From Candidatus Limnocylindria bacterium (GTDB taxonomy: Bacteria > Methylomirabilota > Methylomirabilia > Rokubacteriales > CSP1-6): DNA of 64,000 nucleotides. The notes beneath the pieces were generated by a model. That model was given only the letters and a program-made list of their open reading frames with translations, was not told where the DNA came from and did no database searches. Every line of letters begins with the position of its first letter. Positions within the stretch are counted from its first letter, which is position 1. The stretch covers positions 2,309 through 66,308 of the forward strand of contig DATLFG010000064.1 in the NCBI GenBank assembly GCA_035524955.1, given 5' to 3'. The position numbers were made by a program, and so were the translations under genes. This document shows, in pieces, positions 20,757 to 28,967 of this stretch.

Positions 20757-21257
20757 GTGGAGCTCGATGGTCGCGGCTCATCCGGTGTCAACGGGACACC
20801 CGCCGCGTTGAGCGCCGCGCCGGATCCGGCCGGCGTGCTGGGCCCGCGCCTGGGCCACGCCTTCCGCGATCCCGCGCTCCTACGCCAGGCCCTCACCCAC
20901 CGCTCGTTCGCGAACGAGAATCCCGGCGCGCCCGACAACGAGCGGCTCGCCCTTCTGGGCGACGCGGTGCTGGCCCTCGTCGTCGCGGAGCGCCTGCTCG
21001 CCGCCGCGCCCGGCGAGCCGGTCGGGGTGCTGACCCCGCGCCGCGCGGCGCTGGTCTCGGGCGAGAACCTCGCGCGCTGGGCCGCCGCGCTGGAGCTGGG
21101 CGCGCACCTGCGCCTCGGGCGCGGGGAGGAGCAGATGGGCGGGCGCGCGAAGGAGTCGGTGCTCGCCACCGCGCTGGAGGCGGTCGTCGGCGTCGTCTAC
21201 CTGGAAGGCGGCCTCGACGCGGCCCGCGCGGCGGTCGCCCTCCTGGCCGTGTGGTAA
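20757..21257 (+). CDS. RNase III-domain protein without dsRNA-binding domain
   Basis: LGHAFRDPALLRQALTHRSF...NERLALLGDAVL...ESVLATALEAVVGVVYLEGG, ending 16 aa later. The start is uncertain (GTG 20757, TTG 20808 or GTG 20835). Confidence 0.7.
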   Translation: MELDGRGSSGVNGTPAALSAAPDPAGVLGPRLGHAFRDPALLRQALTHRSFANENPGAPDNERLALLGDAVLALVVAERLLAAAPGEPVGVLTPRRAALVSGENLARWAAALELGAHLRLGRGEEQMGGRAKESVLATALEAVVGVVYLEGGLDAARAAVALLAVW

Positions 21258-21266
21258 CCTGCGTTC

Positions 21267-22418
21267 ATGCGTCTCTGGCCCTTCCCGCTCGCGCGCGCGC
21301 CGGGCACCAACGGCGCGCCCGCGGAGGGCTACCCGGTCGTCGAGGATCTGCTGCGCCGCAACATCGAGGACGTCCTCCGCGTCGAGCGGCAGGAGGTGCG
21401 CGGGGCGACCTTCGCCTGGGGCGGGCAGCTCCTCGCGGAGCCCGCGCGCGCGCTCGCCCTGATCGAGCCGCGCCTGCAGCGCTTCGGCTACACACCCTTC
21501 CTCGGCCGCCAGGGTGACCGGGTGTGGATCCGCGCGGTGCCGCTGGCCGACGTGAAGGAGACCGGGCGTCCGGGCGTCAACCTGCTGCTGTTCGTGCTCA
21601 CCGTGCTCTCCACGCTCGCGGCGGGCTGTCTGGTCACCGGCTCCTTCCCGTTCGTGACCTTCAATCCGCTTCTCCAGCCGCTCCGCCTGCTCGACGGCGT
21701 GCCCTTCTCCTTCACCCTGATCGCCATCCTGGGCACCCACGAGTTCGGCCATTACTTCACGGCCCGCTACCACGGGGCGTCGGTGAGCCTGCCGTTCTTC
21801 ATCCCGGCCCCGCCGCCGATCTTCCTGTTCGGCACCCTGGGCGCGGTGATTCGCATGCGCTCGCCCGCGCGGGACCGGAACTCCCTCTTCGACATCGCGG
21901 TGGCCGGGCCGCTCGCGGGGCTGGTGGTGGCGGTGCCCGCCCTGCTCCTGGGGCTGCAGTGGTCGCGGGTGGGGATGGTGCTGCCCGAGCATGTCGGCAT
22001 GACATTCGGCGACTCGCTGGTCATGCGCCTGCTCACCTGGCTGGTCTTCGGGCCCATCCCGGCGGGGATGGACGTCTTCGTGCACCCGGTCGCGCTCGCG
22101 GGCTGGGTCGGCCTCTTCGTCACCGCGCTCAACCTGTTCCCGGTCGGCCAGCTCGACGGCGGCCGCATCGCGTATGCCCTCGTCGGCGCCCGGCACCGGC
22201 AGGTGTCCATCGTCACCCTGGTGAGCCTCGTCGCCCTCGGCGCGGTGTTCCAGTCCGCCAACTGGATCGTGTTCGGTGCGCTGGTCCTGCTGCTCATGGG
22301 GGTCCACCACGCCCCGCCGCTCGACGACCTCTCCCCGGTGTCCCCGCGCCGCTACGTCCTCGGGGTCTTCTGCCTGATCCTCCTGATCTCCCTGATCCCG
22401 CCCGTTCCCATACGTTAG
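21267..22418 (+). CDS. Site-2 protease family (peptidase M50) membrane metalloprotease
   Basis: HEFGHYFTARYHG zinc motif, several TM segments, and a second motif NLFPVGQLDGG. Confidence 0.85.
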   Translation: MRLWPFPLARAPGTNGAPAEGYPVVEDLLRRNIEDVLRVERQEVRGATFAWGGQLLAEPARALALIEPRLQRFGYTPFLGRQGDRVWIRAVPLADVKETGRPGVNLLLFVLTVLSTLAAGCLVTGSFPFVTFNPLLQPLRLLDGVPFSFTLIAILGTHEFGHYFTARYHGASVSLPFFIPAPPPIFLFGTLGAVIRMRSPARDRNSLFDIAVAGPLAGLVVAVPALLLGLQWSRVGMVLPEHVGMTFGDSLVMRLLTWLVFGPIPAGMDVFVHPVALAGWVGLFVTALNLFPVGQLDGGRIAYALVGARHRQVSIVTLVSLVALGAVFQSANWIVFGALVLLLMGVHHAPPLDDLSPVSPRRYVLGVFCLILLISLIPPVPIR

Positions 22419-22486
22419 CTCGGAGGGGGGCTGCGCCCCCCTTCCGAACCTCCCCCCAGAATCAGGTCGCGCGGGCGGAGCCCGCG
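22418..22486. repeat. Double-hairpin intergenic element, family 2, copy 2
   Basis: CTCGGAGGGGGGCTGCGCCCCCCTTCCGAACCTCCCCCC ... GCGCGGGC-GGA-GCCCGCGC. Begins within the stop codon of the M50 gene. Confidence 0.8.
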
Positions 22487-22527
22487 CTCGAGAGCTGACG
22501 GCCCACCCGTATCGGTTCCGGGTCGTA

Positions 22528-22557
22528 TTGCCAGACCTGACCCCGTACGAGTAAGAT
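22528..22557 (+). promoter_or_regulatory. Possible sigma70 promoter for the GS-like gene
   Basis: TTGCCA, 18 nt, TAAGAT. Lies about 60 nt upstream of the GTG at 22616, which has a GAGGGAG SD. Confidence 0.3.
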
Positions 22558-22615
22558 TGCCGCGCTTTGCGCCGCCGCCTTCTCGTCATGCCGGTCCCTC
22601 GAGGGAGACACGCCT

Positions 22616-23986
22616 GTGCCTGAAGATCGGGCAGACGCGAAGGGCCTCGAGGCGCTGATCAAGAAGGGGGAGGTGGACACCGTGCTCACGGTGTTCGCCG
22701 ACGGCCTCGGCCGCCTGATGGGCAAGCGGGTCGTCGGCCGCTACTTCCTCGACCACGTCCTGCGCGACGGCGTCCACGCGTGTATCTACCTCTTCACGGT
22801 GGACATGGAGATGCAGCCGCTGCCCGGCTTCACGCTCACCTCGTGGGAGCGGGGCTACGGGGACATGAAGCTGGTCCCGGACCTCACCACCTGGCGGCTC
22901 CTGCCCTGGCTGCCCAAGACCGCGCTGGTCTTCTGCGACGTCTACACCGAGGAAGGCGAGCCGATCGAGGAGGCGCCCCGCTGGGTCCTGCGGCGCCAGC
23001 TCGAGCGCGCGGCCAGGGCGGGTTACCGGGTGAAGACCGCGTCCGAGCTCGAGCTGTATCTCTTCAGGGAATCGTTCGACGAGGCGCGGGCCAAGCGCTA
23101 CCACGGCCTCACCCCGGTCTCGAGCTATCTCGAGGACTACCACATTCTCCAGACCTCCCGGGAAGAGCCGCTGGTGCGCGCGATCCGCAACGGGATGGAG
23201 ACGGCCCGCGTGCCGGTGGAGTTCTCCAAGGGCGAGTGGGGGCGCGGGCAGGAGGAGATCAACCTGCGCTACGCCGACGCGCTGGAGATGGCCGACCGCC
23301 ACGTGCTCTACAAGCACGGGGTGAAGGAGATCGCCTGGCAGCAGGGCTGCTCGGTCACCTTCATGGCCAAGTACGACATGGCCGCGGCGGGCTCGTCCTT
23401 CCACCTGCACTCCTCGGTGTGGGATCCGGCGGGCCGGCGCAACCTGTTCGCGGCCAAGGACGGCGGCCGGCAGGGCACGCCGCTCTTCCAGCAGTGGCTG
23501 GCCGGCCAGATGGCGATGGCTCGCGAGTTCGCCTATTTCTACGCGCCCACCGTGAACGCCTACAAGCGCTACCAGGCCGGCTCCTTCGCCCCGACCCGCA
23601 TCGCGTGGGGCTGGGACAACCGCACCTGCGGCTTCCGCATCTGCGGCGAGGGCGGCGGCTTCCGGGTGGAGAACCGCATCCCGGGCGCCGACGCCAACCC
23701 CTACCTGGCCTTCGCGGCCACCATCGCGGCGGGGCTGCGCGGCGTCGAGCAGACGCTGGCGCCGCCGGCCATGTTCGAGGGCAATGCCTATGAGGATACC
23801 CGGCTGGCCCAGGTGCCGAAGACGCTCCGCGACGCCCTCGCCGAGCTCGAGGGGTCGCAGGCCGCGCGCGAGGCGTTCGGGCCCAAAGTGGTGGAGCACT
23901 ACCTCCAGCACGGGCGCCTCGAACAGCAGGGATATGATCAGTCCGTCACCGACTGGGAGCTGATCCGCCTGTTCGAGAGAATCTAG
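22616..23986 (+). CDS. Glutamine synthetase family protein (gamma-glutamyl-amine ligase type, PuuA/GlnA3-like)
   Basis: 456 aa. GS catalytic-domain motifs including GADANPYLAFAATIAAGLRG. No classical GSI N-terminus. Confidence 0.8.
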   Translation: MPEDRADAKGLEALIKKGEVDTVLTVFADGLGRLMGKRVVGRYFLDHVLRDGVHACIYLFTVDMEMQPLPGFTLTSWERGYGDMKLVPDLTTWRLLPWLPKTALVFCDVYTEEGEPIEEAPRWVLRRQLERAARAGYRVKTASELELYLFRESFDEARAKRYHGLTPVSSYLEDYHILQTSREEPLVRAIRNGMETARVPVEFSKGEWGRGQEEINLRYADALEMADRHVLYKHGVKEIAWQQGCSVTFMAKYDMAAAGSSFHLHSSVWDPAGRRNLFAAKDGGRQGTPLFQQWLAGQMAMAREFAYFYAPTVNAYKRYQAGSFAPTRIAWGWDNRTCGFRICGEGGGFRVENRIPGADANPYLAFAATIAAGLRGVEQTLAPPAMFEGNAYEDTRLAQVPKTLRDALAELEGSQAAREAFGPKVVEHYLQHGRLEQQGYDQSVTDWELIRLFERI

Positions 23987-23988
23987 AT

Positions 23989-24030
23989 CCCTCACCCTGC
24001 CCTCTCCCCAGGGGGAGAGGGAGGAGGGCG
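23989..24030. repeat. REP-like palindromic element, family 1, copy E
   Basis: CCCTCACCCTG-CCCTCTCCCC-AG-GGGGAGAGGG, directly after the GS-like stop. Confidence 0.8.
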
Positions 24031-24147
24031 GGCAGGAGATGGAGAGACTGCGGGAGATACAAGAGATGCGAAGCCACAACACAGAGGTCGTCGCTCGCGA
24101 CGACCGTTGAATCAAATCAAGGGCGTTGCCCAACGGAGAACCTCGGG

Positions 24148-24912
24148 ATGGGGAATAGGCTCGAAAACAAGGTCGCGCTGATCACCGGCGCGGGGATGGG
24201 CATGGGGCGCGAGGCCTCGGTGCTCTTCGCCGAGGAAGGCGCGCGGGTCGTGGTCTGCGACCTCAACGGCGCGGCCGCCGCCGAGACGGTCGAGCTGGTG
24301 CAGAAGGCGGGTGGGGAGGCCCTGGCCGTGGTCGGCGACGTGGCGGTCGAGGCGGAGGTGCGCCGCATGGTGGAGGACGGGGCGCGCCGCTTCGGGGCGC
24401 TCCACATCCTCTACAACAACGCGGGGGTGCTCTGGAAGGACCGCGACCGATCGGTGCTCGAGACGGACGGCGAGCAGTGGGACCGGGTCATGGCCATCAA
24501 CCTCAAATCCGTCTTCTGGGTGACCAAGTACGGCATCCCGCATCTCAAGGCGGCGGGCGGCGGCTCCATCATCCTGGTGGGCTCGGTCTCGGCGCTGGCC
24601 GGCTTCACGCGGGCCCAGGACGCCTACACCGCGGCCAAGGGCGCGCTGATCTCGCTGAACAAGTCGCTGGCCATCCAGTTCGCCAAGGACAATATCCGGT
24701 CGAACGTGATCCACCCGGGGATCGTGGAGACCCCGTTGCAGGCCCCGTATCTCAACGACGCGCTGCGGGCCGAGTTCAAGACCGGTATTCCGCTGGGCCG
24801 GATCGGCCAGCCCCGCGACATCGCGAACGCCGCGCTCTTCCTCGCCTCGGACGAATCGTCGTTCATGACGGGGGCGGAGATGATCGTCGACGGCGGATTC
24901 ATGGCTCAGTAA
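24148..24912 (+). CDS. SDR family oxidoreductase
   Basis: TGAGMGMG cofactor motif, NNAG, YTAAK catalytic motif. 254 aa. Confidence 0.85.
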   Translation: MGNRLENKVALITGAGMGMGREASVLFAEEGARVVVCDLNGAAAAETVELVQKAGGEALAVVGDVAVEAEVRRMVEDGARRFGALHILYNNAGVLWKDRDRSVLETDGEQWDRVMAINLKSVFWVTKYGIPHLKAAGGGSIILVGSVSALAGFTRAQDAYTAAKGALISLNKSLAIQFAKDNIRSNVIHPGIVETPLQAPYLNDALRAEFKTGIPLGRIGQPRDIANAALFLASDESSFMTGAEMIVDGGFMAQ

Positions 24913-24940
24913 CCCCGCTACCCCAGAGGAGGCTCTTCCC

Positions 24941-25960
24941 ATGCCGACCTGCACGCGCCGTACGCTGGCCCTGATCGTCGTCGCCGCGCTGCTGGCGGTC
25001 GCCGCGGTCACCCCGGCGGCGGCCCAGAAGCAGACGGTCGTCATCTACACCGCGCTCGAGAACGAGCAGATCGCCGAGTACAAGAAGGCCTACGAGAAGT
25101 CGCTGCCGAATATCGAGGTCAAGATGCTCCGCCTGTCCACCGGCGACATCTCAGCGCGCTTCATGGCCGAGAAGGACAACATGCAGGCCGACGTGATCTG
25201 GGGGGTGGGCGCCACCAACCAGCTCGTGTTCAAGAACGCGGGGCTGCTCGTCCCTTACGCGCCCAAGGGCCTGGACCGGATCCAGCCGCTCTTCCGCGAC
25301 AAGGCCAACCCGCCGTCGTGGGTCGGTATCGACATCTACATGTCGGCGTTCTGCTTCAACACCGAGGTGGGCAAGAAGCACAACCTGCCCGCGCCCACGT
25401 CCTGGGCCGACCTCGCCAAGCCGGTCTACAAGGGGCACGTGGTGATGCCGAACCCCGCCTCCTCCGGCACCGGCTATCTCTCGGTGGCGTCCGTCCTGCA
25501 GCGGATGGGGGAGGCCGAAGGCTGGAAGTACCTCGACGCGATCCACCCGAACATGGCCGAGTACACCAAGTCCGGCTCCAAGCCGTGCAAGGACGCGGCG
25601 GCGGGAGAGCGGGCCATCGGCGTGTCGTTCGAGTACGTCGCGCTCGAGATGAAGAAGAAGGGCGCCCCGGTGGAGATGGTCCTTCCGAAGGAAGGGTCGG
25701 GCTACGAGATGGAGGCCAACGCGCTGACCAGGAAGGGCGCCAGGAATCCGGCCGCCAAGCAGTTCCTGGACTGGGCGATCGGCAACGAGGCGATGGCGCT
25801 CTACGCGAAGTACTTCGCCGCGGTCGGGGTGGCGGGGTTCCCGGTGCCGGAAGGCCTGCCCAAGGACATCAGCAAGGTCGTGTTCCCGAACGACTTCGAC
25901 TGGTCCGCGAAGAATCGCGACCGCATCCTCGCGGAATGGCAGAAGCGCTACGCGAGGTAA
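24941..25960 (+). CDS. ABC transporter periplasmic substrate-binding protein (FbpA / PhnS 2-aminoethylphosphonate type)
   Basis: Signal peptide RRTLALIVVAALLAVAAVTPAAAQ. About 340 aa. SSGTGYL motif of the Fe3+/AEP/thiamine-type SBP family. AGGAGG SD. Confidence 0.75.
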   Translation: MPTCTRRTLALIVVAALLAVAAVTPAAAQKQTVVIYTALENEQIAEYKKAYEKSLPNIEVKMLRLSTGDISARFMAEKDNMQADVIWGVGATNQLVFKNAGLLVPYAPKGLDRIQPLFRDKANPPSWVGIDIYMSAFCFNTEVGKKHNLPAPTSWADLAKPVYKGHVVMPNPASSGTGYLSVASVLQRMGEAEGWKYLDAIHPNMAEYTKSGSKPCKDAAAGERAIGVSFEYVALEMKKKGAPVEMVLPKEGSGYEMEANALTRKGARNPAAKQFLDWAIGNEAMALYAKYFAAVGVAGFPVPEGLPKDISKVVFPNDFDWSAKNRDRILAEWQKRYAR

Positions 25961-27873
25961 AGGCTGATCTCGACCTCGCCCTCGCGCGGCTCGGCTACAC
26001 GGCCTTCCGGCCGGGCCAGCGCGAGGCGGTGGAGACCCTGCTCGCCCGCGGTCGGCTCCTGCTGGTGGCGCCCACCGGCGGCGGCAAGAGCCTGAGCTAC
26101 CAGCTCCCCGCCACGCTCCTGCCCGGCACCACGCTCGTCATCTCGCCGCTGGTGGCCCTGATGGCGGACCAGGTGCAGGCCCTCGACGCGCGCGGGGTGC
26201 CCGCGACCTACCTGGCGGCCACGCTCGACGCCGCCGAGCTCCGCCGGCGCATGGCGCGGCTGGCCGCCGGGGCCTTCCGGCTGGTCTACGTCGCGCCCGA
26301 ACGGCTCGTGTTCCCCGGCTTCCGGGCCATGCTCCACCAGGCCAGCATCCCGCTGATCGCGGTGGACGAGGCCCACTGCATCAGCGAGTGGGGCCACGAC
26401 TTCCGCCCCGAGTACCTCGAGCTCGGCGCGCTGATCGGCGACTTCCCGGGGGCGCGCGTGCTCGCCTGCACGGCCACCGCGACGCCGATCGTGCGCGACG
26501 AGATCCTCGCGCGCCTGGGCCTCCCCCCGGACACGCCCCAGATGGTCCGCGGCTTTGCCCGTCCGAACCTCGCCTTCCGCGCGGTCGAGGTGGACGGCCG
26601 GCGGGAGCGCGAGCGGCTGGTGGACGCGGCGCTGAGCGAGGCGCTCGAGGGGCCGGGGCGCGGGGGCGGCACCGCGATCGTCTACGCGCCGACCCGCAAG
26701 AAGGCCGAGGAGGAGGCCGATCGGCTGGTCGCCCGGGGCTGGGGGGCCGCCGCCTACCACGCCGGGCTCGACGGCCGGACGCGAGAGCTGGCCCAGCGGG
26801 GGTTCGCCGAGGGACGGGTCGAGGTCGTGGTGGCCACCAACGCGTTCGGGATGGGCATCGATCGGCCCGACGTCCGCGCGGTGATCCACCTGGGCCCGCC
26901 CGGCTCCATCGAGGCGTACTACCAGGAAGTCGGCCGGGCCGGTCGCGACGGGGCGCCCGCCCTCGGACTCCTCCTGGTCAGTGGCAGCGATCTCCCGCTG
27001 CGCCGCGCCCTGCTCGAGCGGGGCGCCGACGGGGCGGCGCCGGAGCCCGCCGTGGTCGAGCACAAGTGGGGCATGTTCCTCGAGCTGATTCGCTGGGTCG
27101 AGGGCGGAAGCTGCCGTCACGACGCGATTCTCCGCTACTTCGGCGACGAGGCGGAAACGCTCGCGGGCTGCGGGCGCTGCGACGTCTGCACGGTGCTCGG
27201 AGCCGCCCCGGAGGAAGAGGATGCGGAGCGGACGTCCCTGATCGTCCGGAAGGCCCTCTCGGGGGTCGCCCGGGTGCACGGTCGCTTCGGGCTGCAGACG
27301 GCGGTCAAGCTCGTCCGGGGGGAGCCGGACGAGCGCCTCGAGCGGGCCGGGCTCACCCGGGTGCCGACTCACGGCAACCTCAAGGAGCATCCGGAGGCGT
27401 GGATCCTCGCCCTGCTCCGCCGGTGCGTCTCCGCGGGGTGGGTGAGCTTCTCGGGACGCGAGCGCCCGGTGGTGGTCCTGACCGAGGAAGGGCGCGCGGT
27501 CATGAAGGGCGCGCGGCCGGTGCGGCTGCTGCTGCCCCCGACCGGCCATCGCGCGGACGCGGCGCCCGCCGCGACGCGGAGGCCGGAGCCCGGGCGGCCC
27601 CGGCCCGCGCGCGACGCCGCGGAGCTGGACGCGGCGGCGCAGGGGCTCTTCGAGGCGCTCCGGCGTCACCGGCTCGCGGTGGCGCGCACCGAGGGCCTGG
27701 CGCCCTTCATCGTGGCCAGCGATCGCACGTTGCGCGACATCGCGATGCTGCGGCCGCGGAACCTGACCGAGCTCGAGCTGGCGCACGGGGTCGGGCCGCA
27801 CAAGGCCGAGCGCTACGGGGCCGGGCTCCTGCGCGTGGTGGCGGAAGAGGCCGCGCGGGGGAGCCGCGGGTGA
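25936..27873 (+). CDS. recQ: ATP-dependent DNA helicase RecQ
   Basis: FRPGQREAV, TGGGKSLSYQLPA, DEAHCISEWGHDFRPEY, zinc-finger CRHD...CGRCDVC, and a C-terminal HRDC domain (LFEALRRHRLAVARTEGLAPFIV...). The start overlaps the SBP gene by 25 nt. Confidence 0.9.
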   Translation: MAEALREVKADLDLALARLGYTAFRPGQREAVETLLARGRLLLVAPTGGGKSLSYQLPATLLPGTTLVISPLVALMADQVQALDARGVPATYLAATLDAAELRRRMARLAAGAFRLVYVAPERLVFPGFRAMLHQASIPLIAVDEAHCISEWGHDFRPEYLELGALIGDFPGARVLACTATATPIVRDEILARLGLPPDTPQMVRGFARPNLAFRAVEVDGRRERERLVDAALSEALEGPGRGGGTAIVYAPTRKKAEEEADRLVARGWGAAAYHAGLDGRTRELAQRGFAEGRVEVVVATNAFGMGIDRPDVRAVIHLGPPGSIEAYYQEVGRAGRDGAPALGLLLVSGSDLPLRRALLERGADGAAPEPAVVEHKWGMFLELIRWVEGGSCRHDAILRYFGDEAETLAGCGRCDVCTVLGAAPEEEDAERTSLIVRKALSGVARVHGRFGLQTAVKLVRGEPDERLERAGLTRVPTHGNLKEHPEAWILALLRRCVSAGWVSFSGRERPVVVLTEEGRAVMKGARPVRLLLPPTGHRADAAPAATRRPEPGRPRPARDAAELDAAAQGLFEALRRHRLAVARTEGLAPFIVASDRTLRDIAMLRPRNLTELELAHGVGPHKAERYGAGLLRVVAEEAARGSRG

Positions 27874-28961
27874 GGGTGGAGGCCGCCCGGCCCGCGGCGG
27901 TCGCGCTCGAGGGCATCGCCAAGAAGTTCGGCCAGTTCGTGGCCCTGCGCGGCATCACGCTGTCCGTCTCGCCCGGCGAGTTCATCTGCTTCCTGGGGCC
28001 GAGCGGCTGCGGCAAGACCACCCTGCTGCGGATCATCGCGGGGCTCGAGCGGCAGAACGCGGGCGTCGTGCTGATGGGCGGGCGCGACGTCTCCGCGCTG
28101 CCGCCCAGCCAGCGCAACTACGGCATCGTGTTCCAGTCCTACGCGCTCTTCCCGAACCTCACGGTGGCCCGCAACGTGGGCTACGGGCTCGAGACGCGGG
28201 GCGTGGCGAAGGCCCGGATCGAGGCCCGCATCGACGAGCTGCTGACCCTGGTGGGGCTCGGTGCCCACAAGCAGAAGTACCCGGCCCAGCTCTCGGGCGG
28301 CGAGCAGCAGCGCATCGCGCTGGCGCGGGCCCTGGCCCCGTCGCCCGCGCTGCTGCTGCTCGATGAGCCGCTCTCCGCCCTCGACGCGCGCGTGCGCCAG
28401 TCCCTCCGCCACGAGATCCGCGCGCTGCAGCGGCGGCTCGGCGTGACCACGATCATGGTGACGCACGACCAGGAGGAGGCGCTGGCCATGGCCGACCGCA
28501 TCGTGGTGATGAACCACGGGGTGGTGGAGCAGGTGGGCGCGCCCGTCGAGGTCTACATGCGCCCGCGGTCGCCGTTCGTCGCGCGCTTCGTGGGCCAGAT
28601 GAACTTCCTGGACGCCATCGCGGATGAGCGGGTCGGGTGGGCGCGCCTGGGCGCGGCGGAGATACGCCACGGGGCCACCGAGCTGATCGCCGCGGGTACC
28701 CGGCTCACGCTGGCGATCCGGCCCGAGGAGATCACGGTCGGCGGCGCGGCGGGCGCGGAGAACCGCCTGGTCACGCGCATCCGCGCGATCCAGTTCCTGG
28801 GCTCCTTCACCCGCCTGAGCCTGGCCCTCCCCGACGGCGCGCCCGCGCTCGAATGCGACGTGGCGGCCACCGCATTCGCCGGGCTGGGCGCCGCCGAGGG
28901 GTCCGAGCTGGCGCTCTCGCTCCGCCCCGAGGCCCTGCGCGTCTTCCCGGCCGCGGGGTAG
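27870..28961 (+). CDS. ABC transporter ATP-binding protein (FbpC/PotA/PhnT type with TOBE-like C-terminus)
   Basis: GTG at 27870 overlaps the recQ TGA. GPSGCGKTT, LSGGEQQR, LLLLDEP motifs. Confidence 0.9.
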   Translation: MRVEAARPAAVALEGIAKKFGQFVALRGITLSVSPGEFICFLGPSGCGKTTLLRIIAGLERQNAGVVLMGGRDVSALPPSQRNYGIVFQSYALFPNLTVARNVGYGLETRGVAKARIEARIDELLTLVGLGAHKQKYPAQLSGGEQQRIALARALAPSPALLLLDEPLSALDARVRQSLRHEIRALQRRLGVTTIMVTHDQEEALAMADRIVVMNHGVVEQVGAPVEVYMRPRSPFVARFVGQMNFLDAIADERVGWARLGAAEIRHGATELIAAGTRLTLAIRPEEITVGGAAGAENRLVTRIRAIQFLGSFTRLSLALPDGAPALECDVAATAFAGLGAAEGSELALSLRPEALRVFPAAG

Positions 28962-28967
28962 CGCGGG

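Noticed and set aside
20129-21517. 462-aa Arg-rich plus-strand ORF bridging fabF, the RNase III gene and the M50 gene
   Set aside because: It is out of frame with three motif-supported genes, and its sequence is poly-Arg/Gly/Pro.
24086-24105. Hairpin GGTCGTCGC-TC-GCGACGACC downstream of the GS-like gene, considered as a terminator
   Set aside because: There is no U-tract, and it lies after a family 1 repeat that already forms a strong hairpin. Too weak to call.
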